Source of the DNA: Ophelia neglecta | Lineage: Eukaryota | Length of the DNA: 64,000 bases | NCBI GenBank assembly: GCA_965285935.1 | Contig: OZ260661.1 | Span: 60,760,001 to 60,824,000, forward strand | Direction of reading: 5' to 3' | The notes under the pieces: model-generated | What the model saw: the letters and a program-made list of their open reading frames with translations, nothing else | The model's database searches: none | What the model was told of the DNA's origin: nothing | Program-made: the position numbers and the translations under genes | Part shown: in pieces, positions 52,401-64,000 of the stretch | Layout: each line of letters begins with the position of its first letter | Numbering within the stretch: position 1 is the first letter of the stretch

Positions 52401-55400
52401 GCATACAATTTTCATGGCAACATCACCTGCATGTGGTAATTTCTGTCCTTCCATCTACTTAATCATTCACCGCCATGGGTGTTACTAGGAAAATAAGCCG
52501 AGGTTTAGTTAATGGTTTAAATCTTCATTAACACCTATAGCCTTGACGTTATTTGCTTCACGTTCACTTAAAAATAAGTACAAGTTCGCCTTTTTCATAA
52601 AAACTCCCCGTTTTCTTGGCATTTTTGTTTATTTCCTATATCAAAATCCGTTGAAATAGAGACCATGAAGAAATATGTCATATTGTCCACGTTCTTCTCA
52701 TTACCGTTAGGCTTATGCATCTATAACCTTACAACGAGCATGTTTTAAATATCAAAGCCATAGTGTCCGGATGTCATTAACCTACACGTAACAAATGAGT
52801 GGAGAGTGATTATTCCGCTCAGTGAACAAAATGTCGTCTGCTACAGTAGTTGAGGTGTTCACCACTGCAGCGCTGCGGCGCAGAGCCATTAAAAGTTCAC
52901 AATGAGTAGACAGTTATACGCTCAGCTGGAATCCCTTACCAGACAAAATGAACAAAAAAAGAAGACACTTCGGTAAAAGAATAAATTTGAGATAATTAGC
53001 TATTGATATCCGACAGCACTATATACCTGCTCATATATATACCAAACCCGCACAATTCTTTTGCTTTTTATAACAGATCATTAAAATATGTGACATACGA
53101 TTGTTTTTCTATGTATATAGCATTGAGGTTCATTTTAATCGATCTTCTACTTTCAAATGTTTTGTAAGTCTTAACTTAGCGATCATTGTAGAAAATCACC
53201 AGACATTAACTAGTCACACTATGTTGTATAGTGAAAAAATTAATTAACAATGCCAATCAATGAAGCTCGTAAGCATGTCACGTGTCTTGAATCTTAGGTG
53301 GAAAATATACAAACACCATCGAACCGTCTCCAAACAGTGTCTGTCTGTAAATCATAAAAAAGTGTTCTTTTCAGTAATGCGTTTTGTGAACGAGTTTGTA
53401 TGAAAAGCATGTGTTACAGTCATTGAACTGTTACGGTAGACAGTAGTTAAGCCAGTTGATTTAACACAAGCAAAACCACTTAACAGAGTGTCGAAATCCC
53501 AGAATATTGAGCCAGGAGCGGCCTGTATAAAAGCTATAACACGAGATTTTAGTTAAATGAGCCAGAAAGTTCGATCAGCTTGGACTTCGGCGTGTTTTTG
53601 GAGCTGGTCCCAGTCTGAGTTTCAGAAGAAAATCGATATTATAGTCTGCAGACTTGTATATCTTGAGCTTTTCAAATACTCTGGGGTCTTTTTCTGGTCT
53701 CGTGTCCTTGAGACTGGTAAATCTGAGCCATGCTGAGGGTTTGCGTTGCGTCTCTCACGAACTTAGTTTTCCCGCAGGCGACATGGCAGTTTGCCCCAAC
53801 CTAATGCAGGTACTGAACCCCTATGCGGCGCAAATGAAAGTTACTTATCATTCTCCCATGCCACTCTCCGCAGCTTTTATCTACGGTCATTGGCACTACA
53901 ATCTTGTGGTAGATATCGATGCATGACTTTAAAATAGGCCCAGGATTGAGGTGCAGTTGTATCGTGTTGTATACATCTGATAAAACTTTCTGTGGGTTGT
54001 GGAATCGAGAAAAGAATGACCTCTGCTGCTTTATTTAGGCCAGGTCATTGCTGGTGACATTGCTACTTGCAGCATTACTGCGCATGCGTAAGTAAGCAAT
54101 GCACCCATGCCTGGAGAAATAATTTCTTGGATGTCATGTGGGTACAACCGACCTTTAAGCTCTGACCATTTGACCAATCTCTGGGTAACAGCCGGCCAAA
54201 TTTAGCACAGTTGAGCGAGTTTAGCTGTGCTTGAGTTCCACACAATAGTTTCCATGACCCTCTGATCGGCGTTGTAGTTCACAGCTACACAGAACCGCAA
54301 GAGTCGTTAAAATCTTATCCTTGATGGATCGCCTCTCTCCAGACAGTTATCAGCACGTTGAGACGGCCGGAGTTATCTCCTTTCCAAATCTCAATGCAAT
54401 TTCGGTAGTCAGACTGATATTTCCACCCCACGGCCTTCCCTCAGGTGAGGCAAACCCCAGTTCATTAATCTTAGAAGAAAACGGATTAATCTATGCTCAC
54501 CATTGAATAATTCAGAGTGGAAGCCTGCATTTGGGCACACTGGGCAGTAATAAATAACAACCCAGGGCCGCTCTAATGCGCAGACGTCAATTTTAGGGAG
54601 TTCTATTCGGAGGTGTGTTGTCCCTGAAGGGGACCTGCCTGTTTTAATTGCGTGAGCAGACGAGAGAGGTGTGAGGTCAGGAAATCTTGAGCCGGGCACG
54701 CTCACTATGGGACACCGTCCTATTAAATATACATTAAAAGAAAGGGAAAAATCATCGTTAATTCTAGTTGTGTGTAGTGGGTGTGTGTCGGTTTTCCTTG
54801 GTCCATTTCCAGCGGTGAAATAAATTCGTATTTGTGCCACCACAGGGTGACATAGTCCGAGGTCCGTGAGGGGCATATATCATTCTCATGACAACTGCCA
54901 GTCTTGTGATTGTCGACCACAATCCAGCGAGATGGGCTGATGTTATTTTGGAGTGGGCATGCTTAATTCATATAAGCAGAAAAGGTGCACCAAATATTGT
55001 GGACTCCTAGAAGATAGCTAAATATATTAAATAGAGCCGGGTCAAGTGCGACATGTAATAGGGAACGTACAATATGTGCAAACTGCTGATATCTCAGGCG
55101 ATAAAAGGCGACAAATATTCTTGTGCAAACTTACCGCCACCAATAAATAACCTTTTGGGCAGCTATAAGTAGTGTATATATGGCTTACCTAGACACTAAC
55201 ATTAATCATCCTACTTTGAAAGTGCATGGCCCGGGCTCTTTCACGGATAGTTTTGAAATAAACATAATTAATATGGTATAATATGTCATACATGAAGCAC
55301 GTTAAATTAAGGCCTATTTATATAAAGACAATGCGTAATGTTCTAAATTCTTTATATTACGCTATCAGAACCTGCATAGAAGAAAATGACAACAGGTGTG

Positions 55401-58400
55401 CCAGACGTGCCTCCATCCCAAGGCAAGCATCTTGAAGCCTCCCGCGTTTCTTTCCAATCACCACCAACCCCAAACTAGTGGGCGAGGTAGTGATTTAGGC
55501 ATCCATTCTGAATAACCAAGCTCCATCTGGTCCCAGCTGCAGACGACGCAGGGTGCTCCTTGATGAGTGACACGTAAACCCCTCGGGCAGAGCCAAGAAA
55601 CAGGATCTCCAAACTAGAAGGGAGCAGATATCAACACAGCTTGGCCCCGCCACTAAACTATCTAGCCCTTTCTGCTCTTTCAATCGAGTTGTGTATCTGC
55701 TGAGAATCAAATTCGCTCAGTTCCTGTCTCGGGATGCCTCTGTTTATAAAGTTCTTTTCATTGGAGCTCAACTTATCCTAACTCAAACACTTAATTTCCA
55801 TTACAAACTGATAGTCGTCCATGTACACTTGAACATTTGATAAACACAGTGATCAAAAATATCCCCTATCTAACGCATTTGGTTGGAGACTTTTATCGAA
55901 AGTGACCAATGTTATCACGAAGAGCGTTCTTCAAAAGCCTCCAGTGATAAACGGTGATAAAATAGCCCCACTGTTCACATGCCACAAATAGCCTGAGGTG
56001 ATCAAAGATAAATAAAAATTGTTTTAGTATCATTTATTCTGTTCAGTTTGGCTGTGTGCATGTGGAAGTACCCTACTGTCGTTTTATGAGAATAAACTTT
56101 TAGGGAAATAATACATGTTCAACAATAAATATAACTCGATATGAAGTTAGGTATAATATAATTATTATGGTTCAATGAAGTTGTTAACTAAAGCCACAAT
56201 AATTTGTCGGTATAGATTTCGGAGACATTCTTTTCTTTTAAATTATTTAAATTGTAATATTGATAAGGAAACGTAAATTAATGGCGTAGTAATACATCAA
56301 TTCTAAAACGAGGCCCCCTTACAAATGACGTTCCATGACGCATGCGCATTGTAAGAATGTACCACATTACCCGTTGGTGGGTCAAGTGGTTGCTCCGCCC
56401 ACGTACAAAAGGTTACACTGGTCAAAAGGGTAATAAACTTGGCCTGCTAATTTGATTTGTTATGCTCTGATACGCATCAGTGACATCTCCGAAAATATCA
56501 TGGACGAATAGAAAGCGTTTGCCTGGCCATCATAAAAATGCACAGAATTAATCAAGAACACCCGGGCCTACCAACTATTCTGTCTTTTCGATATCCATAC
56601 GTAGCTATTTTTACAATAAAATGCTCAGGATTGATGCTAAAAATTCAGTTTAATATTAACCCGGCGTCATTCAACTGTACAGATTATCGCCTACTGTTCA
56701 ACTTAGGTAGATACTTTTCGTTTAAATTAAAATATTAGCTTCTTCGAATTCGAGGTGTATTTTTATTTAATTTTTTCAACCGCGCAATTAACTTTCGATA
56801 AATGTTTTAACCTAGGACTTGTGCATTGTACTGAAAATAATCTGTGAATATCATATGCTATGCTTCTGAAACGAACAGAAAAGGCGGGCACAGAAAACTA
56901 GAGCTATACACAGTCAAAGCAACGCTTCAGATGTCAGAAGTATCCTAAGAACCGAGCAAAACTGAAAGAGCAAATGTTAGAAAGAGACAGGCCCATGTCA
57001 ATTAGTCGATGGAGAGGCAGGGAAAATGACAGGGGCAGCCAAGATTCAACTCTCATTAACTCGGAAAAACGAACACGCAGGCCATCTAACGGGTCAAGGG
57101 CGCCTAACATCGGTGGAAAAAAATCAGAGTGAAATCCCTATAAAACTGCCGCCTGTGGAATGGCGGACCACCAGAATAATAATTGATCCATAATTGACTT
57201 GCTCGAGAAATCGATAATAATCTGGGCATGAATCTCAGAAAACAGGAGAGAAATTCACTTCAAGGTTCCCAAATGCGTCTCATTTTGTGCGAATTACGTG
57301 TGCTTTGGAATGAGAATATTAGATCAATATTTCTTTCCACCCTTCAATATTCTCAGGCGCAAATCCATCTGAGACTTCACAAAAACTTGATCGATTTCAA
57401 CGAAATTGGATTTTTTCGCGGATGTCGAGTTTCATTTATCAGTCCTACTCCCAGTAGAAACATGTCCAGGGGGCAAAACTGGAAATAGATAGGCTCAGAA
57501 ATATTTGAAATTCGTTCTAGGTAAGAAATTACCACTGGCAATAAATAGCTAAAATATACCCCAGAGGCAAGAACATCTAATGGCACATATTTTTCAATCA
57601 AATGTCAAATATTGCCCTACAATAAACGAGAGTTTGTCTTTCATCCATTGCATTTTTAAAAAAAGGACCGTAATATATACTTACTAGAGGCCTATGAATT
57701 AAATAATAAAATGAAAATCAAACTATAACAGTGAATCAGATGTATTAATATATAAGCATGCATGTTTGGCAATTTTTTAACCCCTTCTATCAGTCTCAGC
57801 ATGAATTTAAGTGGTGTTGAGTTACAGGTGACTCGTAAATTAGTGTCATGCTCTTTATTTAACCCGCAAAATATTTAAATTATATAAACACCTGATATCT
57901 TGCTAAAACATAGTGTGAATTATGTTCAGTAATTAGCTAGGATGGGAGAATAGTTTAATAAACGAGAGAGGGACAATAGAGGATGAAAACAGAAAAATAA
58001 TTCATTTATAAAAAGTTAAATTATAACAAAAATAAAGTATTTATATCACATTTAATGACACTTTTTTGGGCACTTGATATGAAACGTAGCACTATCAATT
58101 TTTTTTAAAGGAATTGAACAAATTACCGAGAAACTGTTGTCATTTAAGTTTGATGTGTGTGAGATTTCATGTGGTGGGTATTGTCAGCAAGTAAACAGCG
58201 GGAATAAAAACATAAATATCTGAAAAGCAGACGACACTGGAACAGAACGGGTGTTTTGTAACCTTTGTCTAACCCAACAAGGGGCCGTTAAATTAGAGTC
58301 TAATCCAAGAAAAGCTCCTAGATACCGGTAGCTCAGCTAGCTGAAATTCCATCAAAATTCCTACATCTCCGCGCAAATTTTGAGCTAATACCCCGAATCA

Positions 58401-61400
58401 TCGATCACTTTGGTAGCGGATTGCCTCGGACTGGTGACGACTCCCAGGCCGGCTAGCCGCAGCGACTAATCAGGCTACGACAAGGCAGTAGGTTTAAATT
58501 GGATAAGTTCACTCTTAATGGGCTGCCCATTGCACAGAAATACAGCAGATTATTTGAAATCCAGCAAAATCCGTAGGGCGTGATAGAGCGGGATAGGTAG
58601 GAGGTAACCGCAAGCCAGGACACGGGAAGCAACACGCAGTTTGGTTACTTTTGGGACAGAACTAAAAAGATGAATTGCTCGACCTGTCACTAATTGCTTT
58701 CAACGTCTAATGAAGGAGCCGTGTTGTATAATGCCAGAATTCTGATGACCAATTCTCTCGCTGGCCATACAAAGCTTCTTGATGTCATTTCATTAAAATT
58801 CTCATCTGGTTGAGTAGATGAATTTTGCTCAGGAGCGGAAGTAAGATCAATCACATGGGAATTTGATTTGATTCACGCCCAAATCGTATGCTCCTCCGAA
58901 TGGGTTTATTTCAAACTAATTTCCAGCTCAAATTTCTAATTCTCAGTAGCGGATTTGGCGCTAATTCGCAAGCCAAAACTAGTTTATGATCGAATATCCT
59001 TTATCGTGGGTACATGTAGGCCTTTTATCTAAAAGAACACGTTGCAGATTCGCAGAAAGAAATCTGCAGCATGAGGCTGTAATAGAGGTAATCATTCTTC
59101 ATAAAATGTCTGGGAGATGTTAGAATAGAATTCCCGACACACAAGCCAGGAGCGCGGTTCCTAGATGAACCGGTAGTGGCATTTAATTTCGTGGACCTCT
59201 GCTCTACGGATGCTGGTTTTATTAAATCAGAAGAGCGGCTTAATTCGGTATTATTCCGCTAAGACATTCCCGCCTTTCTGCGGTAGCCTGAGACAAAGTT
59301 AATCAAGGAACATCAGGGTAGCCGGGATACCCAGGCTAACATTTGAGCACTGCCTTGTAATCACCCGAGGGCCTTCCCAAGACAAAGGTGCAAGCATTTC
59401 AATGAGAGGTTTGCCAAGGAGGGGCTGACCTCTGCCTAGATTAGCAGGCGGACGGTGTCAGGGAGGGCAGGAAGATCGGAGCCGGGGCCGCGAGAGACAC
59501 GTCCTGCCTGGCCAGTGCAAGACAAACCCTCATCAGAAGACCGTGCTACACACACATGCCTCACCCTCCCAGCCACAGTGAAAATTACGCACATGATCAA
59601 AATCTCATCTTCACGACAACCACTATGAGTTATTACATTAATTTCCCCACCATCTAATCTTTGTGGAGAGGCGCCGAGTCGCTCAGAGATGCTTAGTTTT
59701 CACCAGAAACACTTCATCAAAAAAGTGAAAGCCTGCAATATTAAGGCTATATGTATATACGTAATGCCAATATAAGAAATCGTCACCCTAGTTTACTTAG
59801 ACAGTTTCAAGTCAATATTTCCTGCCTGGTTGAATTTCATACTTGAACTTCTTGGGCTTGATGTAGGGTGTCAAGTAAGATGGAAATTGGGAAGAATAGT
59901 GGCTGACATCTCTACGTTATGGCATGATGTGTCTCTGCCTACCTTTAAAAATGCTAGGACGTGCAACCTTGACCTGCCATGCTGATATTTATATTCAAAC
60001 CAAAACATATACTTTGGCAAAAAATTGACATATATATATACATGTATAGGCGTTTGGCGAGCATAGATCTCACTCTGGTATCAACAAGTTGTTTTTAGAT
60101 AAAAGGCATTAGGATATTTATAGAATATTTTTGGGCTTGTAAAGAATAAAAGTTTGGCAAATTAATGTAATAAACAAAGAGAAAAACAGTTCAAATTGGA
60201 GTGTTTGAGTTTATATGGGTTGTAGGGGGTGGGGGTGGGGTATGTTTGTGGTGTGGGTAATTCGGTAACAATTCATTTGATGCTTTTTCTGTGTGAGCCT
60301 TTCCATTTAAAGTTTATGAACATGTAAAATACTTTTTTAAACATATCGGTTTCGACCTGGGCATGTGCCAATATTGGAATACAGCGCATTTATAAAACCA
60401 AAGATAAGCACATCTGCAATGCACCCTAAATTTGCCTGAATTATTTTCATAAATCAATATAGACAGATTAATCTTTATGATAATCATATTCTGACAATAT
60501 ACCTCTTAAGCTTGATCGTTATGATGGTATATTCTGTCATAAGCCTTTTAAATATATATATAGGATTGTACTGACAAGTTTACTAATCTATTTGTGTGTC
60601 ATTTGAATAAATATTCAATGCTAGCATCTGATTCGTACCCAAGAATTATCTTCGAATCAGTAATTTTGTCTAGATACCAACCATGCACAAAAAACTTCCA
60701 TGCTGTAATAGCGAAATAAATAAGGTTGAACTCGTAAATTTATCGAATTTTTACTAATATGTGGCTCTATCAATTTATGATATATCTAAACTTATTGTAC
60801 AGATATGGGGCAATTTTTCAAAAAAACAGATCTACCACGACTTAGTCAAATTTATGGACAGTCAGGATTGTTTTACATCCACTGGCTGATTTCTTTATAA
60901 GATGAATTCAAATTCTTTGAGGGGGTCATTCAGTTGCGTCACCCCTATTTAAATAGAGTGATTATGTTTCTTGGGCCAGATGGCATTGAGGAATGGCTGA
61001 GCGTGGAGAGACTTACCCTGGTGATCAATCTCGGCGTCGTTTATTGACCGCTGGTCTTAGGACAAAGCTGACAGTAACGGATTAGACTTCGTGTGCTGTT
61101 GGTTTTCTTTTTAATTACTAGCTGAAGTCCCCACACCAATTTCCTACGAATTCCCGCCAGAATTGGCGATTATGTCGGGTTCTTACTTTTTCTTTGTCCC
61201 TTATCAGTGAACAGGGATATTATTCAACGGTTTGTCAAAAATCGGTTAAGAATTAATGCTCCCCTACAATGTTGGACAGGCCAGAGGAAGCACCTGACCG
61301 AGACGTTTCGCCATCCAAGCACCTATCAAGTAAAATTATGGCCGAATTTTGGCGTTTGCTCAAAACTGATGTATAGGTTTGGAGGGGCGAGTCATTTACT

Positions 61401-64000
61401 GCAGGATACACTAGCCCCCAAAACCTATCAATAATGTTGTAACTGGGCATTAATAGTCGTCTGCCATTGTCTTAATTCGCGTCAGTCCCACGTGGTGAAA
61501 GCGGGAAATCCGTGTGATTGCACTGCGGTCTACCTGCTGCACAACTGCCGAACGACAAAAGAATTTACCAACCATATATCTCAGTTTCAATGAAAATCGA
61601 ATTTCAGCACCCAAATTGACAAGAAACGTCATAGTGAGCAGCATAATAGTATTAGAATGATGGATGGGTGGAGGCGGTTTAAACCTGTGGCTTTAAGAAG
61701 TTTAATTATGGCTTACTCACGAGTTATGGGCTCTGATTTAGATATTTTAACGACCTTTAATCATAATCGGATAGATCACATAACACCAGGGTGTTCATGC
61801 CTTGTCAAACATTTGTCACCAGTGACCCTTCAAATCTTTCACAAAAATGACCCATTTGTCATAGAGTTTCTACGGGCAATATGTTGCTGTCATCAAATTC
61901 CTTGGGGGGCAGGCCGATAGATGCCTTATAGCGATAATTTATTCCATCAAAATTGAACAAAATAGAGCTATCTATCTTTCTAAAATCTTACAAATCGAGC
62001 CACAGAAATATTGTCAAGTTTCTTCTATTATTTTTGGTGCCAAGAGCATAATAATTCACCAGCCGACAGGTTGAAATTCCTAAGAGAAATGGCCAATTGA
62101 TGAAGCGAAGGGCCAAAATGGAAAAATACCAAACTTATCAATCATAATCAAATCCTCTAGGCAGCTGAGAGTGGCTCTGATACGAACATTTTCCGGTAAA
62201 TTATTCTCCCTAATCTGATCTGGATTCGATAGATTAGAATTGCAAATCGATTAGTATAAAGCCAGATTTTGACAAACCTCAATACATATCGTTTTAGAGT
62301 CAGCAAAGAGCACGTCCAACGGGCTAAATAAAATGGCCATAACGACTGAGTGGCGAATTGTGATAACAAGTGGAAACACGCTGAGAATACTAAAACTTCA
62401 TTTACAACCAAATCTATAACACAGCCACTAGCAAAAAACAATTACACTATTTTGATCTATGTTAGCTTAGCCAAAAATGGGCATAGGCCAATTATTATGT
62501 AAGAATTCCGGCACACCTTTAATACTCAAGAACTGCAGGTGCGTTTTCCACGCAGTTTTAATTAAAACCAGTTCATTATTTTCTCAGAATGATGTATGTG
62601 TTATATACATTTTTCACAAGAAAGAGGAAGGAAGTTAGATCGTGATTTGTGCTACAACTTAATGAAGTTGCATCACTTTGATAAGATTTTTAATGAACCC
62701 GATTAATAAAGGAGAAGTGATGCCAAGAAGTAGTTCGTTCTTTGTTTGCCAAGAGAGCAGACGACATATAGCCAGTAGGAGATCCATTAAAGTCAGTCCC
62801 CAGCCCGGGCCCTCCGAGTACAAACTGCATCATTCCTAGCTCTAATACAGGAAAGAACCGGACGAGATGCCGTCTGCCTAGGCCCTTGCTGCCTAACCTT
62901 TAGACTTTCGTTTCCTATCCCAGAAATGATTTGTTAGAAATCTGAACATCATGAGTCAAAACCCATCCTATAATGAATCTAATTTCGCCGGGGAAATATC
63001 TCCAGTTTGAAAAATAAATTGAGATTGAACGCCAGGGCATCAAAATTGATCTCTGCCTTTTTCGATAAATCACAAGCAATGAAAGGAAAGGTGTTGTCAA
63101 TTCTCAAGAAATGAAACAACATTTGGGTAATATTTCATCGAATTTAGGTTTAGCCGCTTCTACAAGAATCTCGTCCCCGTGTCTATCTCTGACTTCTTGG
63201 CCCTTGCATCAGAATAAATGAGAGAAATATGGATTTTTCGATGAAAGGGTTTTGTTGTTCCAGCAAAGTGAACAAGGCTGCTTTGACGGTGGTATTTCTG
63301 CACAGAAGGGGTTGATTGATAACACATTCCTGAATATTTGCTTCTATATTCAATTCCTACAAATAAATCAATTTTCTCACATGATATTGTCAGTAGAAAA
63401 TGTAGAGTTCCTGACATTACCATCTATTCAACGGACAACAATGCCTAATAATTTCTATAATAAGGGACATATTTCGTTTTGTGTGCCTAAGTGAAAGGTT
63501 GGACTATAATTATTAGCATAGTTGAACACATAAGGACATCGACTAAATCACTCACGGACAACGGAGGCAAAGACTAAATTTTGTATCGATTAAGGAACCT
63601 CATAACGTCCAAATTGTGTTATACCTGTTGACAGAACTCCATTAGGAATATAGATAGAAAACAAAATATTTTCAAGTGGACTATTTAACCCCCCCCCCCC
63701 CTCCCCATCTCACCCCACTACTATGTGTTTCCACAAATATCGAAACAAAGAATTAAACAGCAAAAATAGCACACTTTATCAGATGTCATGGCAAGGGAAA
63801 TAGGACAGCTAAAAAGCATGAAATTGTAGCTGTTGATAACCTCCTGAAAAAAGGGGGTCTTGTCTAATTCGACCACTCTGCACCATGTGAACACAAGAGA
63901 AATAGTGACAACGATTAAGAGTCCGGATCGCCGAGGGCAAAGCCCATGCATAACGAGTTCTTTCTTACAACTACTGGAAAAAGCTTATATTTCCGCACAA

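Noticed and set aside
54805-54850. Minus-strand TCACCCTGTGG hairpin as a second miR-10-like precursor
   Set aside because: Arms of only about 17 nt with several mismatches and no family similarity past the seed region.
61012-61060. CTTACCCTG on +, resembling the 5' end of a miR-1991-like miRNA
   Set aside because: Only weak fold-back, no similarity beyond 9 nt, and antisense to the cluster. It reads equally well as a minus-strand splice donor.

Overview
Eukaryotic (bilaterian, most likely lophotrochozoan/spiralian) genomic DNA from a Hox cluster. The only protein-coding gene I can support is a two-exon central-class Hox gene on the minus strand, Antennapedia/Hox7: exon 1 CDS 36778-36058, an 11.3-kb phase-1 intron, and homeobox exon 24790-24555, which the ORF track misses. 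The spliced product is 318 aa. About 3.1 kb downstream, on the same strand, is a miR-10-family pre-miRNA hairpin (21465-21395). The predicted Antp 3' UTR carries six same-strand copies of GGGUAAAU, resembling seed sites for a seed-shifted miR-10 paralogue, interleaved with alternative AAUAAA signals. This suggests a Hox-miRNA regulatory circuit and is the most interesting signal here. The intron holds a ~1.8-kb 35-bp tandem array made of nuclear-receptor half-sites, bracketed by two convergent CTCF-like motifs. A 9-mer, GCAGACGAC, is strongly over-represented across the window. The rest is non-coding, with minisatellites, poly-G tracts, one degenerate MITE-like relic and a 131-N gap. Species and neighbouring Hox genes cannot be determined from this window. 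Motif counts were made by eye.
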